Source: Raillietiella orientalis (taxonomy: Eukaryota). From it: a stretch of DNA of 64,000 nt. The stretch is from NCBI GenBank assembly GCA_036172245.1, contig JAYWIR010000058.1, forward strand, positions 620,001 through 684,000, in the 5' to 3' direction. A program made the position numbers and the translations under genes. Below, in pieces: positions 24,564-37,543 of the stretch. The stretch's first letter is position 1. Every line of letters begins with the position of its first letter. The notes beneath the pieces are model-generated. The model searched no databases. It worked only from the letters and a program-made list of their open reading frames with translations, and was not told the origin of the DNA.

Positions 24564-27235
24564 ATGTGGATACCTGCAAGCAACCACGCATTACTGCTGC
24601 GTGGGTTGGCAAGGAGCTGTCGTCGTTCTTGTGGAAGAATGGTAAGCTGGAAGCGTCATAATGGTGAACTCGTAAATTGATTTTGCTACTGATGAAAAGA
24701 ATGTACTTTCGAATGTACTGTAACAAATTTCTCAAAGTTGTTAAATAACTTTTTTTGTGTGTAGAATTGTCGAGAAAACATGAATCCAAGAGAGCGACTG
24801 CGAATTTCGCAAGTTAATGTAAATTTTTTTATGCACAGAATTCTAAGTTAAGGCCTTATTTAGCTGGGCAGGTTATTTTGTATGTTTGTCTTTTTTACGT
24901 GTGGTCATTCATGATTTTGTCTTCACGTTACATGTAATGTGTGTGAGAATCGTTTGTTGACATTTGTTGTGATGGAGAGTCAACGGTTTTCGTGTTTAGC
25001 CCCGGATCAGACACGAAACCAAATTCCTTATGATGTGGTTAAATCAGCGGTATTACCAAAAAAAAGCGATAGTAAAAGCATTCAATAAAAGCCCAGATTT
25101 CCGGCAATTATTACGTTTTAGTAATTTGATGCGGTGAAAACTGGATCGCTGAGTGCTTGTGTAACTTTCTAACTCAATCTCTTAAAATTAAAAAGCATTT
25201 ATCGGCGGTAAATTATTTTTCATGAGTTTTTTAAAATAGACATGGTTCAGCATGGCATATAGGTATCGAAAGAGATATGAATGTATTGAAGGAACCTTTT
25301 GTGCCCAGGAACATACACTCTTACTGGATAATCTTACTGGATTCTTATATTGGTTTAAGAAAAAATGATATGAATGCACACAGAGCAATAGTTGCAAATT
25401 TTTTCCTCGGTTTTCTTTGTTCTTAATAAAGATTGCTTTTGTGCACAAATACATAATTTTGCAAAGAATGATGACTGGTAGCATATGTTATGTTGGACAA
25501 AGCTAAAAAATTCCCTGTGTAGCAAAGATGAAAACAGCAGTGTCAGTTTGCGAGTTTGGTTAGCCAATGAACATAGTTTTGAAGGCTTTCATTGGCGTGT
25601 AGAATTTTTGCGTGCAGTTCATAGCAAGATTTTACATTTCTATTGATTATTAATGAATTCTGACCATACCTTTTGATTTATATCTCAGTTGCTTTTTTTA
25701 TTCGCTGTTATATTGTATTCAGTGCCGGGTTTGTGTATTTTAATTCATTAGTGGATGCAAAACTGTGGAGTAAACATGCATTTCTTTCTAACATGTTTAA
25801 CAGTGATGATTTTCATTCCCAGGCTGAGCAAGCCATTCTTTATTATCATATCATTCCGTTTCTAAGAATCAGTTGGCATTTGTAGGGCAGAAATCTCTAA
25901 TCATTACTCCATATTACATTGATAAGTTCACTTACATATTTTTGCCAATGCAACAAAGCTTAGCATTGAGGTATCATAATGTGATCCAAATTGATATTGT
26001 CATTGCGCTATGGCACTGTAAATTCATTTTTTAATTTATACTGCATTTGTTTTACTTCAAAAATAAAAAAGTGAACTTGTTTTTTTCACATATTTTGCAT
26101 TGAAAGGTAGATCAAGTTGTATCCCATCAGATAGGATCGATAACATTATTGTAGACCAATTTTTTCGAAAGGAAGGAATTTCCTACCTTCTACACTTGAT
26201 TTGTGATCAGAACATAGTTTCCCATAAAATCTGAATGTTTCCACCAGTGGTTGCTTGCATAACCACCAATAATTGCATCATGGATGTGTTTGTAGGTGTT
26301 TTTTGTCACATTAATAATAGTTTTTGTTACTTATGTAAATACGCAAACTAGGGATCTCTCACTCTGTTTGAAAACATTTTAGTCTGTGAACAAAATGAAC
26401 TGAATATAGAAATGATGGCTGAAATTTAGGGATATTATTACTAACTTTGGGAGTGGAAAATGTATTCATTTCTTCAAATTTAAGTGCCAATGCCAAACTA
26501 TTTAGTTTTCCCTTGATGCATATCTGTTTAAATAATGTGCGTCTTTTGTTTTTCAGGCCCATTCAGAAGTGGATTATAAGAAAGCTTCATCTATTTATGA
26601 ATTCTCTGCTAAAGACATTGATGGAAATCTTGTTTCCTTAGAGAAATATAGGTTTGGTTCAGTTCGATATACAATTAACATTCTAAATACAATTGAATTT
26701 GTAGGGGCCATGTAGCAGTAGTGGTGAATGTTGCTTCCAAATGAGGCAAAACCAGAGTCAATTACACCCAGCTAGTGCAACTTTATGAAAGATATTCCAA
26801 CATGCAAAGTGTTCCCGGACTGAGAATTCTTGCATTCCCTTGCAATCAGTTCGGAAATCAAGAGCCAGGTACAAATGAAGAAATCAAGCAGTTTGCCATT
26901 GGATATGGTGTAAAGTTTGATATGTTTGCCAAGATTGATGTTAATGGAAGCAGTGCTCATCCTCTTTGGAAATATCTCAAGGAAAAACAGCCTGGCACTT
27001 TGGGAAAGTATGAATTACCTTATAGGAATATTTTTATTTATGTTTTCTCATTTGGGGGCATAGTTTCATCAAATGGAACTTCACAAAATTTTTGATTAAC
27101 AAAGAAGGCATCCCAGTTGCACGATATGGGCCAAATGTTGACCCATTGGTAAGTTTTTTGGTTGCACTTAATTTTTATTGACGCAAATTTTAGGGTATGG
27201 AACTAGATATTAAGAAGTATCTGCAGTCCAACTAA
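24564..27235 (+). CDS. GPX4: Phospholipid-hydroperoxide glutathione peroxidase (GPx4/PHGPx), selenoprotein, 200 aa with N-terminal leader
   Basis: Exons 24564-24641, 26557-26651, 26705-27007, 27064-27148, 27194-27235; all GT-AG with consistent phases. Protein contains [40 protein letters not shown] (TGA 26742-26744), [22 protein letters not shown] and [14 protein letters not shown]. Exon1 is less certain than exons 2-5. Confidence 0.95.
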
Positions 27236-27257
27236 CATGAAGGAAATGATGTTGACA

Positions 27258-27320
27258 AGCTGATTGAATGATGATTTTGTTACAAATTCATAGAAATAGC
27301 AAAATCGGAAGTGTTCAGCT
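27258..27320 (+). promoter_or_regulatory. SECIS element (type II, AUGA core) in the GPx4 3' UTR
   Basis: Lower stem agctga/tcagct; core ATGA 27268-27271 opposite GGAA 27307-27310; 10-bp helix gattttgtta/tagcaaaatc; unpaired AAA 27284-27286; mini-stem ttc-ata-gaa. AATAAA downstream at 27383 and 27526. Confidence 0.9.
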
Positions 27321-28849
27321 AGTTCTGTCCATTTCTGAAATGGATTTATGTCATTGGTTTACAAAATTTCGCTTAGAGAAAAAATAAACATCTCTGGTTG
27401 GTTTCCCCAAAAAATTCTTTTGTGATGAGATGCACTAGATGTCAATATCCAGTGCCCTAGTTAAGTTTTACCCAAAAGTCACTCTGTTCAATCACATACA
27501 GCAGTCTGATAGCATTGGGTTACTCAATAAAGGTGCATAACTGTATATTGTTTGATGCACAATACATATACACATGGGTTGCAGTCTTTATACAATGTGT
27601 AAGTGGGAGCCCCTAAATTGGTATTTCTCGAGCAATTTCAAATTCTGAAGATGTAGCTTCAGAATAAAAATATAACTGGAGAATGAGCTCCTAAAGTGTC
27701 TATTTTTACTTGGAACTGGAGAGAAAAATTTGCGTTTTCTCAATGGTCTAGATTTTCTAAACGTAATGACTGATTGTGTTGGTTATGGTTGGACTGTCAT
27801 CTGTATCATTGCAAATGGGCCACTAAAGTCAAAAATTCAAAGCGACTGAGAGATTCAATATTTGAGATTGTTCGCTCGAGTATTGGATTGCCAAGTCTGC
27901 AGATCGACCAAACGGGCCTGCAGAAGCGATTTCTCTGTGGTTCCACCATTTTGTAGTAGCAGAATGTGAAGAACGTCTGACGAAATGAATCATGTAAGTA
28001 AAAAATTGGTAGAAAGAGTGCATCATTGGTAGAAATTACATCGTGAATCCCCAAGGCGTTAAAGTTCACTATTTAGCCCTCAGATTGCTGCAATTCCAAA
28101 AAAGGAATTCACATTGTGTAATATGCCTTGGGCCACTACATTTTTTAGATGCGACAAAATTATTGCCATAGAGAACGTAAGATCCATGACATCGGAGTAT
28201 TTGTATCCAACAAACTAATTAATGCAAGTCACTCATCATTCATATTACCTTTTCAGCACAAATGAGTGTCAAAAATGAAAGTCTCATAAAATAGTGCAGC
28301 CCATTAAGGCATTCATTATCAGCTCATAGATGTGTAAAAGAATTAGAGCAAAACCAATGGAGCCACGTAAGCAGACACGACCAGCGCACCATTGATAAGC
28401 TCTGCTACCTTCACTTCAAAAATTTTTAGGGCTTAGTGTACCGTATTCTCCCAAACATCCAAGACATCATCAGATGAGACGAATGCAAATGCTAAATTGA
28501 GTATTAGACAAAAAGCTACATCATTTCAAGTTGACACCATAAAACGAGAGGCACCACGAGGTGTGAAGTGACAGCCATAAATGAGCAGTGTTCCAACATA
28601 AACATGGTTTATAATTGTCTGTGAATACAGAGGTACAGTACAAATCTGAATCATAAAAAGAAACTTTTTTATAAACATCTACTAAGTTAATTAAGGGTGA
28701 AAACTGGTTATAAATTGGAGGAACAGTCTCCGCTAAATGAAAACATTGCCTTGTATAACGGTTAGAAGAGCGAAGCCAAATATCAAACCTTTCAGGAGAC
28801 TCTAGAAGGAAATTTCAGGATTCATTGTTTGATGCTTAAAACAAGAAAG

Positions 28850-29500
28850 GGCTCGATTCTACTGATCGAAGTGACATAGAAGTGTGTTTTCGGAAAATAG
28901 CTGGACCTTTTGAAAAGCTGACGAATGTGCATTGCATAGATGGGAGAGATGAATCTTCAGGAATGACGAGACTCATGCAAAGAGTTTGCATGTCTTCATC
29001 TGAGTTCCTTCGATATCGTTCAAGGAAGCACCGAGCAGTCAGGAAAAAGCATCTGGTTCTCGGGCTATTTCAAGGAAGATCAATCTGTTTCCCTTCTGCA
29101 AAGTCATTTATTCATCTATGTGAGAGTCCGAGATTCAGGGTGGACTTTCCGTAAGAGCATTAATTGCACGCAAGGGCGATGGCATATGGAAGTAGGGGGC
29201 CGACTTCTGCGTGCACTTCTTTAGATGCTCTCATATTTTTAGATGTCTCATAAGCTCCCAAAGCTCCTGACGAGGATTTGGATTTCCTTCTAGAAGGAAT
29301 TTCAAAAGAGACTCAAAAATTTTTTTGCCGGATAAGCATAAGGGATTTGCAATAGCAGTCTGACTTTTCCGCTTTACCCAATTGGAGTGTGTTCTGTATC
29401 AGGAGGATCGCTTTTTTGTCTTCAGAGCTTTGCAGTTTTTTCTTATTTTCCATTCATCAACACACTAGAATAGCGCGTGGTGTCCCGGTGACCTTTCGAG
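28850..29500 (-). mobile_element. Decayed LINE RT remnant
   Basis: Minus-strand fragments DCYCKSLML..KIFESLLKF (cf. DF.KAFD...LF..L..FG), RSRPLLPYAIALA (cf. GCPLSPYLFIL) and INDFAEG (cf. YADD), in order. Confidence 0.3.
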
Positions 29501-30673
29501 TTTTTTTGCTCGCTACATGAACGCGCCTGTTGAACTGCTGCTGACAGAACCTGAAGATCATTCGGTAAGGAAGGTGCTAAGTCTGCAGCTACGCGCTAGT
29601 GTTTGGTACCACTGTGTCGGATTCCCAAGAGGCGCTGTGCTGCTGAAGTGCACGATTTCTCATCTGCAGGATCTATCCTTTCTCTCACCGAGTAGAGAGC
29701 AAGCCTTCAAGTGCCATCAGCACGGGTGACACGCATATGATGGTCCGACGATCACGACGGGACCAAGAAGAAAATTGAGCTGACTAAGGAACCGGATGCG
29801 AGAGTAGTGGCTTGAGAAGACCGGCACTTGAAGATGGCAAGCGCAAGAGATCAGGATCGGGTCGTTCATTTCCACCAGCCTGGGACAGCCCTGGTTCCTG
29901 AAGCAACAGGATACTTTTTGTGTATTGCCCTTTCCGTCTTTATCCGGCGAACGAGAGACCCTTACCACTGGAACGATGTGTTGGTCCCAGATTTGGAAAC
30001 GGAGGTAGCCAGAGATATTTGAAAATCCCAGAACCCCCTTCCCGGCCGTCCCTTTTTTCCCTGATGTAATGAACTCCAGGGAAGAGTCGTTTCAAGAAGT
30101 TCTTGACGGAAGAGGGGAACGAGTTTTCTCAGCAGAAAATCAATATTAAACCTCTCCAGATGTGGAACTATGAGGACGAACCGGGCCAGGAAGAAAAGAC
30201 ATCGAAAGGAAACGAAACTTCCTGATGGGATGAGACTCAACCGAGGAAGAGCGTGAAGGAACGAAGAAGAGGTTGACTTTCAGTTGAGGAACACGTAATG
30301 TGAGTGAAGTGTGAAGGCAATGAAGGGTTTCGGTTCCATCTGGACTGCCTGTTGCAAAACGGCAGGGCGATCAGGGTGAAGGCCTGAAACTCTCCGGGAA
30401 CAAGGAAAACCCACTCTATCTACGCGGAGTCTTGCCCTTTCTCCCCCTCTCCTTCTGGGAAGAATCAGTGGAAGCCACGGCTTTCTGGCATAACGGCGAG
30501 AGTAGGTCACTATGGAGACATAGCCGACGGCTTTTGTTATTATTTCTTCTCTTTTCTCTCATTTCCAACGTCGCGGTGTCGTGCATCGTGAACATCTACC
30601 AAAGGTACACGAATTCAAGAATCTCTTCTCTCCGTCTTACTAGCAGCATCCCTTTTCCCTGCCTGTTGGACGC

Positions 30674-31316
30674 ATGGATGTTCTGAGAGGGAAGATTCTG
30701 GTGACCCCGCTCAACTCGTCGCTGAAAGCCGAGGACCTCCTTGAAAGGGTTGACGTTTTGGGCTACTACTTCTCGGCCTACTGGTGCCCTCCTTGCAGGG
30801 ATTTCACTCCTATCCTCAAGGATTTTCACGAGGTGGGCTCTCTAGTGCCGAACGGGTAGGGGGTGGGTAAAGATATCATGTTGGTGGGGAGAGCAGGGGT
30901 GAGAGAGACCTTTGGAACGTCTTCCTCCAGATCTAGCCACAGATCACGCCACCATCGCACCCTTTTGTTTTCCTTTTTTCCAGGAACTTCGCAAGCAGGC
31001 TCTTCCCTTTGACATCCTCTTCGTGTCCTCCGATTCCTCTCCTTACGAGATGGCCGCCTACATGCAAGAGTCTCACGGGAGCTGGTGCGCGGTGCCCTGG
31101 GCCGATCCGCTCTGCAAGTAAGAGAAACATGGCTCTGGTTCTCACTTTCTCCTCCTCCATTCCCTCCGCACCACAAGGGACCTGAAGAACCGCTACGACG
31201 TGAGGGGCATCCCTTCACTGGTTGTGGTCAAGAAGGATGGTCGACTGGTTACGAAGGATGGTCGAGGAGACGTCCGGAGGTTCGGCCTGCGGGCCTTCGA
31301 GACCTGGAGAAAATGA
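30674..31316 (+). CDS. Nucleoredoxin-like / tryparedoxin-type single-domain thioredoxin, 143 aa
   Basis: Exons 30674-30832, 30984-31117, 31178-31316. Motifs [41 protein letters not shown] and [17 protein letters not shown] are typical of the TryX/NRX/RdCVF-like family. Confidence 0.93.
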
Positions 31317-32199
31317 GCGACCTTACCCCTAGAGAAGGCGCGAGAGGATCTCGCTGCAAGGAAGGGATGTCAAGGTGGAGAGAAAGAGGGAGGAGAGGGA
31401 GGAGTACTGCGTCTCGTGAGACGCAGCACCAAATGAAAAATACAGCCCAGATGTCCTGGAGTCAAGTTCAAGAGAGGACACGTTGATTACACATCAGGGA
31501 GGCTCGTGGGGAATATAAGGAGGGAAGAAAACTCTACAGAAGGCCTCCCAATCTTGTCGCCTCTTTGTCTCCCCTTCCGTTCGAGAAAAAGGCTGGGCAC
31601 GGAAGGGCCGTTTCACGGAGCGTTCTGAAAACGGAACGGTTGCCGCCCACCTTGTGGCTCGATGCATGTTGGCGAACTCAGGTGCTCCTTCTGTTCGCAA
31701 GGATTCTGTCTGCTCTCGTGAACGTGTCAGGAGCAGTCCTTGGATATCTCTTTCCCAGATCGGTTTGGTAGCCATTGCTGTGTCACATAGGGTTGCCGTA
31801 GTTTTCTTCCCCTTCAAAGGACAAAGATCGAATCCTTACGTCTTGTTCGTAGTCTCTGTTACAGGCCTTGCTTCCCTCTTGAACGAATCTTTTCCTCTGA
31901 ATAGGGGATCTTCTTTCTTCCCGTCCCCTAGATGATATGGATCCGATCTCCCCCTTCTTCCCTTCATGGAATCTCCATTGGCTTGGGGACGCTCTCTCGT
32001 CTCTTCCCCTGCTGCGGAAAGTCTATGCCTGAACTTCATTAGAAGTCCGCCAGTTTACCGATAAAGCAAAAACTCTCGAGAAGCGGGACATCGGAAGCAC
32101 TCGCTCTGTGTTCCTCCTATTTACGTGGCATTCTGCAGGGGTGATGGAAATCGTCCGATTGCGCAACAAGCAGGAAATGACCTCGATGAGAAGTGGGAA

Positions 32200-33190
32200 T
32201 CTCAGAATTGCGGGAGACTGTAGCAGTACTGATCTTAAAACCCAACGAGAGAAGAAGGATTGTGGCTTCCCCTTGTAGGAAAGGCATCATCCTCCGGGAA
32301 GCGAAGCTGAGGAAAACCGGCCGTAATGGCTGCATTTCGATGAGGGACAGCTTCCCGAGAGCATCCTGGAGTCGAGATGCCCCCTCGTTTCTCGGTGCCT
32401 CTTCTCTGCCGTTTCCCACCTCCCACCCTCCAATCTTCCCCTCACTTCCCTTTCTCTCCCTTGCACTCCCTGACAATCCCCTTCGGGAACCAGGGCCTCT
32501 GGTGCTCGGAAACCCTCAGGGAAGCCTCGGGATGCGAAAACGTGCATCTCCCAGCAGCGACAGAGGAGGAGCAACGTGTGTGGAAAGATGAATCCAGGCA
32601 CGGCACACTTGACCGCGGAGGATTTCCTCTAACTCCTCCTTCAATGTCGTCGGACACGCGAGTGTCGCACTTCTGTAGGATGAGTCAACAGTGCGCCAGT
32701 AATTTCCTTGGACATATGGCGGCTCTTTTTGACAGCTCGCCAACTCTACTGCCGTCCGTTAGCGCACTGGTGCTCCTGCTTTCTCCCTCACGGATCCAGT
32801 ATGACTGCACTCTCACATCCAGATATGTGAGTAAGTATCTGCGTGGACCATAAGCCCTAGACCAGGTGGCACTACTCGTTATAAAGGCGTTCCCGTCCAT
32901 GTGTGAATCTGTTTTAGCAGGATCACTCTGTAAAAGCAGGAGAGGAATGCCAGTGCTTTTTTCCACTCTCTTCCGAGGCCACAGAAATTACAAGTGACGA
33001 AACCAACCACAAGGCAGAGGAAAGAATTTTTTTCTCGGAATCAAGTCGGGTGGCCATGGGCTCGACTGTGATGAGATGGGATGACTGAAGATCTTTGCGG
33101 TGTTTACCGTAAGGAGGGGCAGCGAAGTAGCCGGTGCAAGCAGTCTTTCCCAAAGAGTCGTCCACGCGCGGATCAGCAGCATGCACAATT
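32200..33190 (-). mobile_element. Decayed LINE APE-endonuclease remnant
   Basis: Minus-strand DLQSSHL (cf. LQETH), STGIPLLL (cf. GVAIL), RAYGP (cf. NVYAP) and LDSRML..SHY (cf. SRID..SDH), in order across frames. Confidence 0.3.
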
Positions 33191-33539
33191 TTAAAAGATT
33201 AATGAATACAATTCCTAATTAATTGATTAAGAAAGGATATAGCATAACCGAAAAAAAAAATCATCGTTTCATAATAAATATGAAACAATATTTGATTTTA
33301 TTCCATTAAAGATAGTGATCAGCACATTAATTTATGTAATGAAGTCATCATTATTTCATTGAAATATTTGTTACATCCGGCACAGAATATAACATTTATA
33401 ATATCTCCGAGCACAAACGAAAATATGCCTTGTTTCGTGAATACTAGTGAATATTTAAAATATTAATAAATACACAATATTTGCAGAGATTCCCTTACTC
33501 CATTCGAAATACACTTGTCATCTTTCCCCTTTCCCCTAA

Positions 33540-33900
33540 GAAGTCCTTCCGGATCCAGAGCATCTCTTCGAGGAACCGATAGGACTTCCTAGCGGTGCAC
33601 TTGCGATGGTCCAGTATGCCGCTGCCACTGAAGCCACAACCTCTCTTGTTCGCTTCTTGGCTTTAACTGCGCTTCTCGATGTGCTCAGTGGGAATGGTCC
33701 TTCCAACTGGTTCCAAAAGGAAGAAAGAATTTTCTGGAAGCAGTAATTGTGCTCCGTCGCATGCTCCAGAAATGGAGAAACCGGAAATGGGAGTTTTCCG
33801 ATTAGGGGGCAGAGAAAGAAATGGAGACATGAGCGAGAGAATAGCACTGGGGCATATCTGGAGACCCATATGAACAGAATTCATGGAAAGGAAAATTAGG
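33540..33900 (-). mobile_element. Decayed LINE ORF2 C-terminal remnant
   Basis: ORF 33536-33847(-) contains EHATEHNYCFQKILSSFWNQL...AAAYWTI, resembling the ET.EH.F..C....FW...A.Y.IW tail of L1-clade ORF2. Confidence 0.3.
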
Positions 33901-36900
33901 AAACTCTGAAAGAGACAGGTAGAGATTTAATAAGACAGACGTACAAGGAGCTTTGCCCAGAAGAAGGAATCTGCCTCCTCACTCAATTCGGGATGATGAA
34001 CTGTCTTTTCCAGCAATAGAAATGTAGAATCGGTAGAATTCATCGAGCTTGTCCATAATCAACGAAGAATAAAGTGTTTCTTAATTTATGCATTCGATAA
34101 CTGCTGGCTTCATAAGAGAAAGATGTTAAATGTAATAATGTAATAATGAACTTGGGACTTATCTATCCATCATTGGCTTTATAAACAAACTCTACCTTCG
34201 TCCATCTTCAAGAAATCACTAATTCAAAGCTGAATATTTGACAAGAAACGACTCAATTCCTAGTATGGTTGGTTCTACTCCGGGAAGTTATGCATCTGGG
34301 AACATGTGGGCACGCCTAGGGTTTCAGCAGTCCAAAAACTCAAGTTGGAAACGAGGACAGCACCCATAGAAATTTCGGGAATCCTCATAAAGAACTGATG
34401 GTGCAATTGTAAAGATTGTAGAGCAAGTTTCAGAATGCAGTTTTCCTTTTTACTCCGTTATCTTTATCTCCTCCTCCCCGTCCTTTCCCCTCCGCTTTTC
34501 GTAGTCTTCGAAAAAGAAAAAAAATGCGAACTGAACGAAGGCCCCCCATTTGGTTCAAATGTCAGCACTGCAAAGTTTGCAGTATCTTTAAAACCTTTTG
34601 AGAAAGAAATTGATTTTTGTTTATTCCGATGATTAACTAAATTGCCTGAGTGCAACTCGTGTCAAAGTGGACCACGGTGGGCCTTGACCGGTTAAACGAG
34701 CACTTTCTTTTCTAGACCTTTGGCAACAGCAAATTATTCTCTCAACAAGTAGAATGAATTGTAAGAGTGAAGAATGTTCTGGAATACATCCTTACATTAG
34801 CAGATTCTTATCTACGTTTATTAACCGAAGCTTGCATTTAAGCATTTGGACCAGGAATCAATAGGTAAGTATTGAATAAATCCACAAATACTCAGACTCA
34901 GAGAAAATGATTGCTCTCTTTAACCAACAAGCATTTCTTCAAAAAGACTATCTTCCATGATTTCATCAACAATATAAATGAAGCAACAATTCATAAAGTA
35001 TTTTCTGACTTTATTATGACCTTGACTTCTCAAGATCATTAAGTGCTTCAGCCTCTAGCCATTGATTCATTTCTGATAAATGCCAAAATTTGATTGCGAA
35101 TCAGTTGGAAACCAAGCAGATACGTGCATTTAAAAAAATTGGAATCAGGAAATATAACAACAGTTGGTTCATTCACTTCCATTCCTTTCCGAAGCTTTAA
35201 ATTTTTGAATTGTGATGAGTCCTTCGAATTGGTCTTCATGTTTTTGAAAAATGAATGTCTGGACTTCCGCCCAGAATAGCACTGGTTTAACATGATCACA
35301 AGCATTTCCTTGTCACATATCTGATAAGATTTTCATACTAAAAATAAAGTGGCAGTGCTCTTATTTTTTCAATAGTGAAAGAATTATAAAAAAAACTTCC
35401 GACAATATAATCCTTTTGTTCTATGCTGACGAAGCAAATGCTTTCTCATTTCTTTTAATACAATCCTAGCTTTCTCAGCTAATCGTTAGATAAGAGTACT
35501 AATGATTTTGTTAACCTGCAATGAATATTCCAGGAAAAAATCCACGTTTCCGAGATGAGTAAATCATCATTTGTTGTATAAAATGCACATCAGTAATGTA
35601 TTATTAAGGAAGCGACTGAGACAAGGAGAGATAAAAAGAAATGGTGATAAGGAATGAGGATAATGCTATGCATTCCACAGAGCTTTTTTTGCAAATGAAG
35701 GAATGCATGAAGGAGAATTGGTTATAGACAATGAATGTGAAAATTATCTCCAGTTTTAGTAGCACTTTATTAGTCTAAATAGATTACAATTAAATAGTGT
35801 CTCTAAGAATCAGTAATTTTGTTCAGAAGTATTTTTCATTTGTTACAACATATTACTAATGCCAGAAGCTTTTTTATGTTTTGCTACCATCATTGAAAAT
35901 GGTCAGAGAAGGAAGCATCCAAATGCACAGTTCATGTCACATAAAATGACTGTCACTTTTAATTCTTCAGAATTCCACTCTTCTTATGAGCCAGATTGAG
36001 AAAATTTTAAACTTTTCATTCTCCTGTGGTTTCTTAAACGTTAAATTTTATGAAAGATTAATATCAACAGTAGCTGAAGTTTATCGTGATTACTCACACG
36101 ATAAAATTGTGCTACTCATTCTACTGACGATCTAAAGTAACTTACGAATACTTTGTGGGAAAACTGTCATAAGTTTTTTTTCCCTTTCTTTAAACTATTC
36201 TCCCTAACAGATCCAAAACCTTTTCTTCTAAATGTAATATTCACACTACATTTCATGATTTCAGCACTCGTTTTCTTTTTTAGTATTTATAACTTTTGCT
36301 TCTTAGCCATCTTCATCAAAAATACCATCTCGAAAGCTGCCCTTTTTTTAGTTCATATTTCTCGTAAATTACTAATATGCCTAAGGGTACAGGCACCAAA
36401 GAGCATAGAAATCAATAGTATGAAAGCCATCGTTTTTTTTCTTCTTTTCTTTGGCAATTTATCTTATTTTTCATTCTTGGATCAAAAATAAACAACATAT
36501 ACTCATGATCCATGGTTATTTTTCGAACTTTACGAACACAGACAAAAGCAGCTGTCTACGGTATAGAAGTCGAAATTTTTTGTTCCTGGAACTTTTCGTT
36601 TTGTTTACTTAAATGCGGAGTGAGCGTCGTGAAATTTTTAAACATTCGTTCTTTTTATGACAATGTATGTCACTATATTTGTGGCCTAGTAAGAAAAAAT
36701 ATCCACCGATCTACTAAAGTGCTAAACTGTACAACAAGAGAAAGGAAATGGAGCAAAAGATTTTAAACTCCAATTTTCTGCGGAATGCGAGGGAAGGAGC
36801 GCGAATGTTTGTACCCGAGATGCGAAGCCCCCAATCAAAGGTTAGTCCAGATGCGGCGAACGAAACTGCGTGCAATCTTAGCGTGTTAGGGAGTGCTTGT

Positions 36901-37543
36901 AGGTGACTCCTTTGTTCAAGGGGAATTGCCTACGCATTATGTAGAAATGCCATGATAAAACCAAGAACGCACAATTATTCTAGTAACTTTTGTGCATTTT
37001 GTTTTTGCTTACCAGTTAATAAAAGCTACTGTAAATTGAAAATTCAGTTCAGAAAAAAGCAATATGTAACCCCTGCACATTTCATCGAAGATTCACCAAA
37101 TATTTTAAATACTGATCATCTAAGAAAACTAGGCTTTTATGTCGATTAAGTGATTTTAGGATAGGTTAATGATAGGTTTGTTTTCGTAACAAAGGGTTAT
37201 GCCAGATTTGGAGTGTTACATTGTAACAAAATAGGAAGGAAAAGGCAATTGTTCTGGGATACGTGAACATATCTTGCGAATTTGATGCTTGTGCGTACTC
37301 ATCGCATTTCTTCGACTCTGGTTCCGATTTCAATGGTGAGTTCAACTTGTATCCCATTTCTGACACGAAAAAACGTTGTCTAATGCTTTTGTTACAAGCA
37401 TGTATTAGTCTTTGTGTAGAAGTTGGTGTCATCTTATCTCGTCGCAACACTCGAAAAATAGTCTTGGTGCCTGATTTCAGAAATTGAGAGATACTTGTTT
37501 TAAATTTGTAATTAGCAACAAGAAAAAAAAATCGGTTTTGTTG

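Noticed and set aside
31232..31265. Direct repeat GAAGGATGGTCGA x2
   Set aside because: Encodes [11 protein letters not shown], an ordinary part of the thioredoxin-like C-terminus; it is not an array.
34715..35340. Exon-like segments with splice-like signals in the AT-rich block
   Set aside because: Stops in the candidate frames and no recognisable protein. A non-coding transcript cannot be excluded.
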